Shown piece by piece: positions 18,764 through 29,460 of a DNA stretch of 64,000 bases (positions are counted from its first letter, which is position 1; each line of letters opens with the position of its first letter). A program made the translations under genes and the position numbers. This stretch comes from Terrimicrobiaceae bacterium (GTDB taxonomy: Bacteria > Verrucomicrobiota > Verrucomicrobiia > Chthoniobacterales > Terrimicrobiaceae). The notes below the pieces were generated by a model. That model was not told the origin of the DNA and did no database searches. It saw only the letters and a program-made list of their open reading frames with translations. The stretch lies in the NCBI GenBank assembly GCA_044342325.1, contig JBIIPZ010000001.1:32001-96000 (forward strand). The letters are read 5' to 3'.

Positions 18764-21409
18764 TCAGGCCAGCAGTTTTCTGGCCGTTGCGATGGTGTCG
18801 ATGTCGGCGGGTGATTTGTCGCGGCGGATGCGGGTGATGCGTGGGAAGCGGAGGGCGAGGCCGGAGGGGTGGCGGGGGCTTTCGCGGATGGAGTCGAAGG
18901 CGATTTCGAGGACGACGAGGGGTTCGACTTCGATGCGGTTGCCGGTTTGTGAGAGGGCGGTGGAGAGGAATTCGTCGGTGAGGGCGGCGATTTCTAGGTC
19001 TGTGAGGCCAGTGTAGGCTTTGCCGATTGTGGCCAGGGCGCCTGTTTTTTCATCGCGGACGGCGAAGGTGTAGTCGCTCAGGGCGCCGCGTCGTTTGCCG
19101 TGGCCATATTCCACTGCGGTGACGACGACATCGAGCGTGGCGAGGCGTTTTTTGAGTTTGATCCAGGCTAGGCCACGGCGGCCGGGTTGGTAGGGGCTTG
19201 CTGGGTCTTTGATCAGAAGTCCCTCGTGTCCGGCGGAGCGGATGTCGCGGAAGTGGGCGTCGATCTCCTCCGCACTGGCAGCGTGGAGGATTTCGGCATG
19301 CCGCAGAGGAGGCGGCAGGGTGAGTCCGTGCAAGAGTTCGCGGCGGCGATGGAGTGGCTCGCGGAGTAGGCTCGTGCCATCGAGTTGAAGGATGTCGAAG
19401 ACGAGGCAGGCGACGGGTATGCCGTCCGCAAGAAAGAGGTCGGCTTCTTGGCGGCCGAGGCGCTTTTGGAGTTCCTGGAAGGGCAGAGGACGCCCATCCC
19501 GCCAGGCAAGAATTTCGGCATCCAGAATGGCTTCGCGGCCGAGTTGCGCCGTGGCCTTTGCTATCTCGGGGAAGGTGGAGGTGATTTCCTTCAGGTCGCG
19601 AGTGAAAATCTCCGTGCGTTTTGTGTTTGTGTGGATTTGGGCCCGGATGCCGTCGAACTTCGGCTCGATCCAGAGCGAGGGAATCTCCGCAAACCGTGTG
19701 CGGACTGCGGTGGCATCGGGTTCGGGGGATGCCAGCATGCACTTGACTGGTTGGAAGAGCCGCATTGCCCGCTCATGCAGGCGTCGGTTGCGTGCCATCA
19801 CGGCAACAAGTCCCAAGTCGGCGCAGAACATATTCGCCTCACGAACCTCGCCGGGATTGGCTTGGAAGGCTTCCGCGATACATTCCTCCAGTAAGCCCTC
19901 TTTGAGGCCGATGCGCAGGTCTCCGGAGAGGATTTTCACGAGAAACTTCGCCGCAACGGGAGGTGTGGATTGGAAGAAATGGGCCAGGATTTCGATCTTG
20001 GCCACGCCCGAGCTGGCGGAGCGCAGATTTTCCAGAAGGGCAGCAATCTCGGACAATGCGGGGTTTGCCGAGCCGTGGCGTGTGGCCATGACGGTTTCCG
20101 CTGTGAGGCCACTCTCATTGATGCCGCGAGCGAGTGGTCGGTATTCGGCTTCTGGCATACCTGAGGCCTTGATGAGGGCGGCTCGGATAATGGATCTGCC
20201 CACTTGGTGCGGGGCGGCATCCATCGAGGAAAATACGCTGCCCGAGAGCCAGAGTGCAGCGAGCCGCAGGTCGATCTCCTCCAACTCCTGAAAGTATGCC
20301 GAGACGAGCGTGATCTTGGCCTGCTTGCCTGTGAGTGCTGCAATCTCGTCGCCGACCGAGCAGAACCTGAGGAATCCCGTTGTGGCCGGTTGAACGGGGC
20401 TTCGCTTGGCAGGCGCTTGGGGACGGGGAATCGGAATCGCAAGATCGAGTTGGTTCGGCCCGGTGAGTGCCCAAGCCTCGATGCCACGCGAGCGGAGATC
20501 GGCGGCGAATTCGGACGCAAAGCCATGCAGGGTGAGCACCTGCTTGGGGGCGACATTTTCCACATGCCGCAGGAGGTCGTCGTAGCCCGCGTGGTCGGAG
20601 AGCGGGAAGGCGGCGTCACAGCGCATGCGGTGGATGGCTCCGGCATCTATCGCCCAGCCGGTGATGGCGGCGACGCGCCGTTTTTTTACAAGTGCCATGG
20701 ATTTGCTTCCGGCACTGGTGGGTGGGCAAATGAGGACATGGCCCGCTGCGGTTTTTGTGTCCCATGGAGCATGCTCGGGAAAAACGATACCCTCCGATTC
20801 ATAGACGGGGATGAGTTTTGCGATGGCGGAGTGGAGCATGACACGCATTCCCGCGCCGCAGAGGTTGGCGAGGATTTCCTGAGATTTGCCGAGCGAATAG
20901 CCCAGCAGGATGGGCGTTGCACCTTCCTCCAGGGATTCGATGCAAAACTTGAGAATCTGGCTCATCACTTCTTCGAAGGGCGGGAACACATAGCGAGGGA
21001 GTCCGTAGGTGGTCTCCATGATGAGTGTCTCGGCGTGCGTGTGAGCGGTCGTTTCGGCACTCGCTCCCTGCCGGAGTTTGAAGTCGCCCGTGTAGAGGAG
21101 GCTTCCTTGCTCGGTTTCCACAAAACACTGGGCGGATCCCAAGACATGCCCAGCTGGCAAGAGGCGCATGCGGAATTTTTCAAAATCGCGCAGCTCCTCG
21201 AAGGGGAGTGGGATTTTTTCGCCGTGTAAGGTGCCCATGCGCGCTTCCATAAGACGAAGGGTCGCCGGGGTTGCGATGGTGCACTCGTGGCGTCCTGTGT
21301 GGTCGCTATGGGCGTGGGAAACGAAAGCCAAAGGCTTCGAGTAATGCGGATCCAGCCAAAGATCCGGACCAGGCAGATGCACGGCCCCGCGATGCCGGAC
21401 CTCGATCAT
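18764..21409 (-). CDS. Fused MBL/beta-CASP exonuclease and ATP-dependent DNA ligase
   Basis: N-term SHAHSDH, AGHVLGS, YTGD, LSDHAG; C-term EPKFDGIR adenylation motif, EGLLIK, WIKLK, ALRFPRI. Confidence 0.92.
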   Translation of the reverse strand: MIEVRHRGAVHLPGPDLWLDPHYSKPLAFVSHAHSDHTGRHECTIATPATLRLMEARMGTLHGEKIPLPFEELRDFEKFRMRLLPAGHVLGSAQCFVETEQGSLLYTGDFKLRQGASAETTAHTHAETLIMETTYGLPRYVFPPFEEVMSQILKFCIESLEEGATPILLGYSLGKSQEILANLCGAGMRVMLHSAIAKLIPVYESEGIVFPEHAPWDTKTAAGHVLICPPTSAGSKSMALVKKRRVAAITGWAIDAGAIHRMRCDAAFPLSDHAGYDDLLRHVENVAPKQVLTLHGFASEFAADLRSRGIEAWALTGPNQLDLAIPIPRPQAPAKRSPVQPATTGFLRFCSVGDEIAALTGKQAKITLVSAYFQELEEIDLRLAALWLSGSVFSSMDAAPHQVGRSIIRAALIKASGMPEAEYRPLARGINESGLTAETVMATRHGSANPALSEIAALLENLRSASSGVAKIEILAHFFQSTPPVAAKFLVKILSGDLRIGLKEGLLEECIAEAFQANPGEVREANMFCADLGLVAVMARNRRLHERAMRLFQPVKCMLASPEPDATAVRTRFAEIPSLWIEPKFDGIRAQIHTNTKRTEIFTRDLKEITSTFPEIAKATAQLGREAILDAEILAWRDGRPLPFQELQKRLGRQEADLFLADGIPVACLVFDILQLDGTSLLREPLHRRRELLHGLTLPPPLRHAEILHAASAEEIDAHFRDIRSAGHEGLLIKDPASPYQPGRRGLAWIKLKKRLATLDVVVTAVEYGHGKRRGALSDYTFAVRDEKTGALATIGKAYTGLTDLEIAALTDEFLSTALSQTGNRIEVEPLVVLEIAFDSIRESPRHPSGLALRFPRITRIRRDKSPADIDTIATARKLLA

Positions 21410-21419
21410 GCGGGTGTCT

Positions 21420-22190
21420 TCAGTTCACGGAGCCCGTGCCCCAGCGTTTGTGGAAGAAGCGTTCCCATGGTGAAAAGAGAATACGATCCGCAAGGAGACC
21501 TATCGCCACAATAATGACCATGACGGCTACGACCTGATCCATAGCCAGGAGCTCTCGTCCGTATTGGAGAAGCTGTCCAAGGCCGAAGCCGGTGAGGATC
21601 GTGACAAAAATCTCCGCCGCCATCAGCGAGCGCCACGCGAAGGCCCATCCCTGCTTCATGCCGCCGATGAGGTAAGGAAGTGAGGCGGGCAGGATGACAT
21701 TGAACCAAGTGTGCAGACCCTTCGATCCCATGGTGCGGGCGGCACGCAGATAGATCGGCGGCATCGAGCGCACGCCGTCGCTCGTTGCAATGAGAACGGA
21801 CCAGAGGGTTCCCATGACCACCACAAAAAGCATGGCGGCCTCGGTCTGGCCGAACCAGAGCAGCGCGAGTGGCACCCAGCAAACGCTTGGCAGGGTCTGA
21901 ATGCCAAGAGCCAGCAGGCCGAGGGTGTCTTGCAGAATGCGGAAGCGCGAGGTGAGGAGGCCTAGCGGAACCCCGAAAAGCAGGCCGATACCATAGCCGA
22001 GTAGCAGGCGTTGCATGGTGACAAGAGTTGCCGTCCACAGTGTGCCATCCCATGTAGCCTGCCACATGTATTCCAGCACATTGAGCGGAGAGGGGAGTAG
22101 CACGGGCGACCACATTCCCGAGCGGGATGCCGCCTCCCAGGAAGCGATCAGGAAGAGAAAAAATGCGAGTGTGGAGATGCGGTGGATCAT
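21420..22190 (-). CDS. ABC transporter permease, NitT/TauT/SsuC family
   Basis: TM helices, RAARTMG EAA-loop, WRSLMAAE. Confidence 0.9.
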   Translation of the reverse strand: MIHRISTLAFFLFLIASWEAASRSGMWSPVLLPSPLNVLEYMWQATWDGTLWTATLVTMQRLLLGYGIGLLFGVPLGLLTSRFRILQDTLGLLALGIQTLPSVCWVPLALLWFGQTEAAMLFVVVMGTLWSVLIATSDGVRSMPPIYLRAARTMGSKGLHTWFNVILPASLPYLIGGMKQGWAFAWRSLMAAEIFVTILTGFGLGQLLQYGRELLAMDQVVAVMVIIVAIGLLADRILFSPWERFFHKRWGTGSVN

Positions 22191-23014
22191 TCGGAGGCCT
22201 CCTGCCCCTGTGCGGTGGTGAAACCTTTGAGAGCGGTGGTGATTTCGGTGGAGTAACGGGCGAGTTCCACGCTGTTGATGTCGCGGGGGCGGGGAAGGTC
22301 GATGCGGAATTCGGCGCGGATGCGGCCGGGATTTGGGGAGAAAAGAAGCACGCGGTCGCCTAGGCAGGCGGCTTCGCGGACATTGTGCGTCACGAAAATA
22401 ATGGTCTTGCGGCGGGCTTCCCAGATCCGCTGGATGTCGCCGTAGAGGTGTTCGCGGGTGAGGGCGTCCAATGCGGCGAAAGGTTCGTCCATAAGCAGCA
22501 CGCGGGGATTGGGGGCCAGAGCTCTGGCGAGGGCGACGCGCTGCTTCATGCCGCCCGAGAGTTCATGGATGTTGGCACGTTCGAATTTTTCCAATCCCAC
22601 GAGGTGCAGGTAGTATTTGGCGACCTCCTGGCGTTCCTTGGAATTCAGTCCCGGCTTGAGGCGAAGGCCGAATAGGACATTGCCCATAACATCCAGCCAT
22701 GGAAAAAGGGCATGCTCTTGGAACATCACCATGCGGTCGCGGCCGGGGGCGGTGATGTTTTCGCCGTTCGCCAAAATCTGCCCACTGTCCGGTTGGTCGA
22801 GGCCGGCGATGAGGTTCAGGAGCGTGGACTTGCCGCAGCCGCTGGGGCCGACGAGGCAGACGAATTCCCCTTCGCCGACTTTCAGGCTCACATTGTCGAG
22901 GGCGAGAACCTTGCCGCGCTCGGTGGTGAAGGACTTCGAGACATTATTGGCCTCGATGCGCTCGGGGGCTGTATTGGCGAGTTCGTTTTCGAGGCTCATC
23001 GGAATTTTTTTCAT
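22187..23014 (-). CDS. ABC transporter ATP-binding protein, NitT/TauT/SsuB family
   Basis: GPSGCGKST, LSGGMKQR, LLMDEPF. Confidence 0.93.
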   Translation of the reverse strand: MKKIPMSLENELANTAPERIEANNVSKSFTTERGKVLALDNVSLKVGEGEFVCLVGPSGCGKSTLLNLIAGLDQPDSGQILANGENITAPGRDRMVMFQEHALFPWLDVMGNVLFGLRLKPGLNSKERQEVAKYYLHLVGLEKFERANIHELSGGMKQRVALARALAPNPRVLLMDEPFAALDALTREHLYGDIQRIWEARRKTIIFVTHNVREAACLGDRVLLFSPNPGRIRAEFRIDLPRPRDINSVELARYSTEITTALKGFTTAQGQEASE

Positions 23015-23970
23015 GGCTGCCAGAGAAGGTTTTTCAGATCGACGCGGGCACGCAGGAAGCCAACTTCGCGCGCATGCTGGAGAAATGCATCAAATGGCTC
23101 GACCGAGATCGCTGTGTTCGGATCAAGGCGCGTCCAGGCCTCATCGACGAGTTTTTGGGGAATCTCGCGGCGGGTTATAGCACTGAGTTCATCACGGACG
23201 CGGCGGCGGGCCTCCTCGGGGTTCGCTCGAATCCACTCGGTGAGGCTCTGATGGGCTTCTGCAAATTTGGCAGCGAGCGCGGGGCGTTCCTCCAGAAAGC
23301 CAACGCGACCGGCAAGCACGGTCGTAAGGGCCTTGGGATCGGAGTGGAAAATCCGGCCATCCGCTTCATTGATGAGGCGGGTGACCCAAGGTTCCACAGT
23401 CCATGCGGCATCGAGTTTTTTTTGTGTGAAAAGCTGGAGCATATCGGGGTTGGCCGTGGGGATGACGCGGGCATCTCCGCCGACGAGCGTGACTTTGATT
23501 CCTTGCTTGAGCAGCCAAGCCCGGCATTCGACATCTTGGGTATTTCCAAGCTGGGGGGTGGCGATGGTTTTTCCTCTGAGGTCATCCACCGAGGTGATTG
23601 TATCGCCGCGCACGACGAGCGCTTCGCCGCCGCGCATGGAGCCGGAAATGACCCGAACTTCCTTGCCATTGGCGCGGGCGTGGGCGTTCACCACAGGGCT
23701 TGGTCCCACATAAGTCATGTCGATTGCTTTGGTAAAGAAAGCCTCCATGGCTGAAGGGCCAGCATTGTAAATCGACCACTCCAGCTTGACGGGTTCCCCG
23801 AGGCGGGATTCGAACCAGCCCTTGCCTTCGCGCGACATGTTTGAGGCCACGAGTGCCTGAGCGTGAGTGATATTTGGAAAAAATCCGACGCGAACAACCT
23901 GCTCGGCGCTGGCTATGGCAAACGGGGCAGCAACGAGTAGAACAAGGCAGGTTTTAAAAAGTTGATTGAT
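23011..23970 (-). CDS. ABC substrate-binding protein, aliphatic sulfonate (SsuA)-like; start codon unclear
   Basis: VRVGFFPNITHAQA, YVGPSP, ATPQLGNTQD, WTVEPW. Confidence 0.85.
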   Translation of the reverse strand: MNQLFKTCLVLLVAAPFAIASAEQVVRVGFFPNITHAQALVASNMSREGKGWFESRLGEPVKLEWSIYNAGPSAMEAFFTKAIDMTYVGPSPVVNAHARANGKEVRVISGSMRGGEALVVRGDTITSVDDLRGKTIATPQLGNTQDVECRAWLLKQGIKVTLVGGDARVIPTANPDMLQLFTQKKLDAAWTVEPWVTRLINEADGRIFHSDPKALTTVLAGRVGFLEERPALAAKFAEAHQSLTEWIRANPEEARRRVRDELSAITRREIPQKLVDEAWTRLDPNTAISVEPFDAFLQHAREVGFLRARVDLKNLLWQP

Positions 23971-24120
23971 AAAATCAACTAATCTACCAATCCGGTGGTC
24001 TCTGCTTTGGCGTTGTTTCTGAAAAACTCCCATCGCGCGGAAGCTTCTCCGGAAATCCGGGAGAGTCAACGAAAGACTCCAGCTTGGCAGACGGCGGGAA
24101 TTGGGGCAGGTTGCAAGCCT

Positions 24121-25305
24121 ATGGGAAAGCGCGTCTTGATTTTATCGGCCTCTGTGGGTTCCGGTCATGTGAAAGCGGCCGATGCCCTCGCGCGTGTCAT
24201 GCGCGGCAGGAGCGATGTGGAGGAGGTTCTCTCGGATGACTCGCTTGATCACACAAATGTCCTCCACAAGCAATTTTACTCCACGCTCTATAAAAAACTC
24301 TCCTCCATGCTGCCGGAGTTTCTGGGGTGGTGGTATGAAACAAGCGACGACCCGTGGGTGGCCGACAAGGGTCGGTTGCTGATCGATTTGCCTCAGGCGC
24401 TCCCACTCATCAATCTGGTGAGGGAATTTCGGCCTGACGTCATCCTCTGCACGCATTTCATGCCGGCGGGGGTGATTTCCTGGCTGATCGCGAACGGGAA
24501 ACTCGAGGCGAGGTTGGGTGTTGTCATCACGGATTTTCATTTCCATGCCTTTTGGATCACACGGGCTTTCAATTGGTATTTTGTGGCGCAGGAGGACGAT
24601 AAAATCCACATGGAGGCGCTGGGTCTGCCTGCCGACCGCATTGAGGTGACAGGCATTCCCGTCGAGCCGGAGTTTGGAGCGCCTGTGAATGTGGACGCTG
24701 TGCTTGAGCGTCATGGTTTGAGGTCCGGTAGGCCCACTATTCTTGTTGCAGGTGGAGCGCTGGGGATGAGTCCAGCGACCGCTGTCGTGCGGCAATTGCT
24801 CCAAGTGGACCGGGATTTTCAGGCGATCATTGTCTGCGGAAAAAACGAAGAAATGCAGAATGAGATCGTCGAGTTGCTCAAGGACCGTCCGGCTGATTTC
24901 CGGGTTCTTGGCTACACCAAAGATATGTCCGATTTTATGTCCGTGGCGACGATTCTGCTCAGCAAGCCCGGCGGTATGACGACAGCCGAGGCGGTGGCCT
25001 GCGGCCTGCCGATGATGATTCTGGATCCGATTGGAGGCCAGGAGGAGCGCAATGCCGATGTTCTTCTCGAAGCAGGCGCCGCCGTGAAATGCACGGAGGT
25101 CACGCTCGTTGCGCACAAGCTGCGCCGACTTTTGGATGATCCGGAACGCTTACGGCAAATGTCGCGAAATGCGCGCAATCTGGGACGCCCCAACGCGGCC
25201 TCGGAAATCGCCCGCATTGTTCTGGAGGAGCCAGACAGGCGTCCTGTGATCATTTCAAAACTTCGTGAGAAGGCCCTGCGGAAACGCATTGCCGCCGCAG
25301 GATAG
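24121..25305 (+). CDS. MGDG synthase/UgtP-like diacylglycerol glycosyltransferase (GT28)
   Basis: SASVGSGHVKAA, CTHFMP, VITDF, SKPGGMTTAE, GQEERNA. Confidence 0.88.
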   Translation: MGKRVLILSASVGSGHVKAADALARVMRGRSDVEEVLSDDSLDHTNVLHKQFYSTLYKKLSSMLPEFLGWWYETSDDPWVADKGRLLIDLPQALPLINLVREFRPDVILCTHFMPAGVISWLIANGKLEARLGVVITDFHFHAFWITRAFNWYFVAQEDDKIHMEALGLPADRIEVTGIPVEPEFGAPVNVDAVLERHGLRSGRPTILVAGGALGMSPATAVVRQLLQVDRDFQAIIVCGKNEEMQNEIVELLKDRPADFRVLGYTKDMSDFMSVATILLSKPGGMTTAEAVACGLPMMILDPIGGQEERNADVLLEAGAAVKCTEVTLVAHKLRRLLDDPERLRQMSRNARNLGRPNAASEIARIVLEEPDRRPVIISKLREKALRKRIAAAG

Positions 25306-25317
25306 GGGAGTGTGTTT

Positions 25318-26853
25318 ATGGAAAATTTGACACCATTTCTGATTGGGGTTGCGACCTCTGGCTACCAGAGCGAGGGCGGATACAACGGGCCAGGCGAGCC
25401 TCACAACAATTGGGGATCTTGTGAGCAATCGGGCCGAGTCGATCGAACCGGACGTGCGGTGGATTTCTGGAACAGGTATCGCACCGACTTCGATCTGGCT
25501 CGAGGCATGGGGCTCAATGCCTTTCGTCTGAGCATCGAGTGGGCCCGTGTGCAGCCATGCTTCACAAACACGCCCGGCCCCGCGCCGGCGTTTGACGGGG
25601 TTGCGGTGGATGCCTATGCCGACCGCGTCGCGGCATGTCGTGAAGCAGGTATGGAGCCTGTTGTCACGCTGCAGCATTTCACCCATCCGGCTTGGCTGGG
25701 AGTGGATGCCTGGCTGGATGACCGAACGCCCGAGGCTTTTGAGAAGTTCGTGCAATTTACTATCGAGCGGCTGAACCACAGGCTATGTGACCACTTCGGG
25801 CAACCTCCTGTGAAGTGGTATGTCACACTCAACGAGCCAAACATGCTTGTTCTAAATACCTACCTGAATCGCCATTTCCCGGGTGGTCCAGAGGCGGGGA
25901 TTCCCGTTGGTCTGCGTGCTTACAACCGCATGCTGGCCGCCCATGTGAGAGCCTACAATGCGATTCACGACCTCTATGAATCTCGCGGATGGCCAAAGCC
26001 GATGGTCTCGATGAACACATTTTGCAGCGATGTCTATTGGTCCGAGAACATGCTGCTGGACCTGCTTTGTCTCCGGCAAAACGGCATCAATCCCGCTGAG
26101 GCCGCAGATTATTTTCGTTCCAGAGCGGAGGCGCTCTCGAGGCACTTCACCCACATCGCGCTCCAGCGCCGCACCGACCTTGCCGCCATGGCAGGAGCGG
26201 GTCTGCACCGCTTGGCAAACTACTTTGCCTCGCGCGCGGCGACATCCGAGGCGTTCGAATTTTTCTTCAGCGAAGCCGAACGCGCCCCGAGGGCACGCGC
26301 ACTGGATTTCCTCGGCCTCGATTATTACGACCCCTTTGTGAGCCATGCCTTGCGGGCGCCGGATTTTTCCGACCTCGAGTTCAAAAGCCGCAGCATCTCC
26401 GCGCACATGCTCGATGTGCTCGCCTGCAAATGGTGGGACTGGCACTTCCTGCCGGAGGGCATGAGCGCCTTCTGTGAATATTACGCCCAGGCATTCCCTG
26501 GAATGGCGGTTCTCATCGCAGAAAATGGCATGGCTCTGCGCAGCCGGATCGATGAGTCCGGAGGCGAACCGCGCCGCGACAAGATGACTCGCAGCGGCTA
26601 CCTTGAAGCACACCTCATCGAGGTCCGGCGGATGCTCGACGCAGGAGTTCCGCTCGTGGGGTATCTCCATTGGTCACTCACCGACAACTACGAGTGGGGA
26701 TCGTTCACGCCCCGCTTTGGGCTTTATCGGGTCGATTTTCAACACGACTTGGCGCGTCTGGAGTTGGATCATCTGGGTGACCGCCCCTCGCAGACCTACG
26801 CCAGATTGGTTCGGGAAATGGGGCTTAACTCGCTGAGGGTCAGTATGCCATAA
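25318..26853 (+). CDS. Glycoside hydrolase family 1 protein
   Basis: GVATSGYQSEG, FRLSIEWARV, TLNEP acid/base, IAENG nucleophile, WSLTDNYEWG. Confidence 0.9.
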   Translation: MENLTPFLIGVATSGYQSEGGYNGPGEPHNNWGSCEQSGRVDRTGRAVDFWNRYRTDFDLARGMGLNAFRLSIEWARVQPCFTNTPGPAPAFDGVAVDAYADRVAACREAGMEPVVTLQHFTHPAWLGVDAWLDDRTPEAFEKFVQFTIERLNHRLCDHFGQPPVKWYVTLNEPNMLVLNTYLNRHFPGGPEAGIPVGLRAYNRMLAAHVRAYNAIHDLYESRGWPKPMVSMNTFCSDVYWSENMLLDLLCLRQNGINPAEAADYFRSRAEALSRHFTHIALQRRTDLAAMAGAGLHRLANYFASRAATSEAFEFFFSEAERAPRARALDFLGLDYYDPFVSHALRAPDFSDLEFKSRSISAHMLDVLACKWWDWHFLPEGMSAFCEYYAQAFPGMAVLIAENGMALRSRIDESGGEPRRDKMTRSGYLEAHLIEVRRMLDAGVPLVGYLHWSLTDNYEWGSFTPRFGLYRVDFQHDLARLELDHLGDRPSQTYARLVREMGLNSLRVSMP

Positions 26854-26900
26854 GTAGACTCCTATTTTCTGATCGCACTCGCCAAAAGTTCTCGGCAACA

Positions 26901-26917
26901 TTGGCACTCCGATTGCT
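26901..26917 (+). promoter_or_regulatory. Sigma-54 (-24/-12) promoter of glutamine synthetase
   Basis: TTGGCACtccgaTTGCT matches TGGCAC-N5-TTGCW, about 93 nt upstream of the ATG. Confidence 0.8.
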
Positions 26918-27009
26918 TCTACCTCTCCTGCCGCAAGGGAAAATGGGAAAAACGAAAAAAAAGCTACACCAGACGGCCTGGTCTGCTCAAAAAAATACAC
27001 CTAACAAAA

Positions 27010-28029
<1,020 letters not shown>

Positions 28030-28057
28030 TCGTTCTCACGATTCGGTAAAACTCATT

Positions 28058-28096
28058 AAAAACGCCGCCTGTCAAAGCAGGCGGCGTTTTCTTTTT
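28058..28096 (+). terminator. Intrinsic terminator after glnII
   Basis: aaaaacgccgcctg-tcaaag-caggcggcgtttt. Confidence 0.88.
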
Positions 28097-28148
28097 CAAA
28101 TTTCACGCTTTGCATTTGGGAATCCTCATAAGAGCCTCGCGCCCGCCG

Positions 28149-29375
28149 ATGGATAAACTCAACGCCCTCTTCTGGAGCCCTAAGTCCGATACCTACGCCA
28201 AGCGGATCTGGTTGCTCTTTTTTGCCATAGTAGCGGTATTGGCTTTTTTCCAGCCCGCGCACAGAACTGTCACCCACAACTACAGCCGCGCGGCTTATCA
28301 GTGGTGGAACTCAGAAAATATGTATTCCCTCCAAGGCAAAGGATTCCTTTATTTTCCCCAATCCGTCCTCATCTACGCACCCTTCTCGTGGCAGGAATTT
28401 CCCAAAGACCTCAAGAAATTCAACAAGCAGCCTCTCGGCGAAACGCTTCTGCCCACGCTCATGCTGCGGTTCGGCGAGGTTTTTTACCGCGCTTTTGCGA
28501 TGGGACTTTTCGGCTGGGCGATCTGGAGAATGTGCCGCTTTTTTCAAACCGATGCCACAACGGCGAGCCTGTTCTGCTTGGTGACCGTGCTGGCCCTGCC
28601 AGCCTCGCTCACGGCCGGGAAAAACGGGCAGTTCAATATGCTCCTCTCCGCGTCGATGATACTTGCGGCGCTCTGTGTTTCAGAAAAACGCTGGTGGTCG
28701 GCTACGGCGTGGCTGATTTTGGGCGTCATCGCCAAGCCACTCGGACTCGTTCCGCTTTTGCTGATCGGAGCCCTTTACCGGCCTCTATGGTGGAGATTGC
28801 CGCTCGGAATGCTCGTCTTTGTAGCGCTCTCATTCGTGCACTATGATCCAAGTTATGTATTGAACCAGTGGAACATGTGCATAAAGCAGGTGACTATTGC
28901 CAGCATTCCGCCAGGTAATAATTACGACGACATCGCCGCCATGTTCCGAACCTTCGGATTCGACCTGCCCGATAAACACTGGTTCCCTGTGCGGGCAGTC
29001 TTTGCTTTTGTGACGCTCGGGTTTGCCTGGAGGTTGAAAAAAATCTACCCGGCCCCGCTGGCCCCCTTTTTGGCAACCGCCCTCTCCGCCGCTTATCTCA
29101 TGGCCTTCAACCCTCGCACGGAAACAGTTTCCTACATCATTCTTTCCCCCTATGTGGCGCTCTTTGCGGCGATTCTTTTTCGCGAAAAAGCCGTCACTCC
29201 TGTCGCCTGGATTTTAGTCTTTTTGTGTATAGGGCTTGGTTCTGACTGCTACGGAGACATTTACAAATTAACTCGCATCTGGTTTAAACCCCTTCTTGCT
29301 TTGGTGTTTTTTGTCATTCTGGGTATGTGGGCCTTCAGGAAATCCCGCTCATTTGAATTGGCAGGAAGGATTTGA
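28149..29375 (+). CDS. GT-C membrane glycosyltransferase (GT87/DUF2029-like)
   Basis: FLYFPQS...PF, NGQFN, polytopic membrane profile. Confidence 0.7.
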   Translation: MDKLNALFWSPKSDTYAKRIWLLFFAIVAVLAFFQPAHRTVTHNYSRAAYQWWNSENMYSLQGKGFLYFPQSVLIYAPFSWQEFPKDLKKFNKQPLGETLLPTLMLRFGEVFYRAFAMGLFGWAIWRMCRFFQTDATTASLFCLVTVLALPASLTAGKNGQFNMLLSASMILAALCVSEKRWWSATAWLILGVIAKPLGLVPLLLIGALYRPLWWRLPLGMLVFVALSFVHYDPSYVLNQWNMCIKQVTIASIPPGNNYDDIAAMFRTFGFDLPDKHWFPVRAVFAFVTLGFAWRLKKIYPAPLAPFLATALSAAYLMAFNPRTETVSYIILSPYVALFAAILFREKAVTPVAWILVFLCIGLGSDCYGDIYKLTRIWFKPLLALVFFVILGMWAFRKSRSFELAGRI

Positions 29376-29460
29376 TCAAAGTTTCTTAAAAAAAGGTTTG
29401 AATATTGTCTTTCATCCGACACTCTGCGAACAACAATCCTTTCTGGTCCAATTATCTCCC

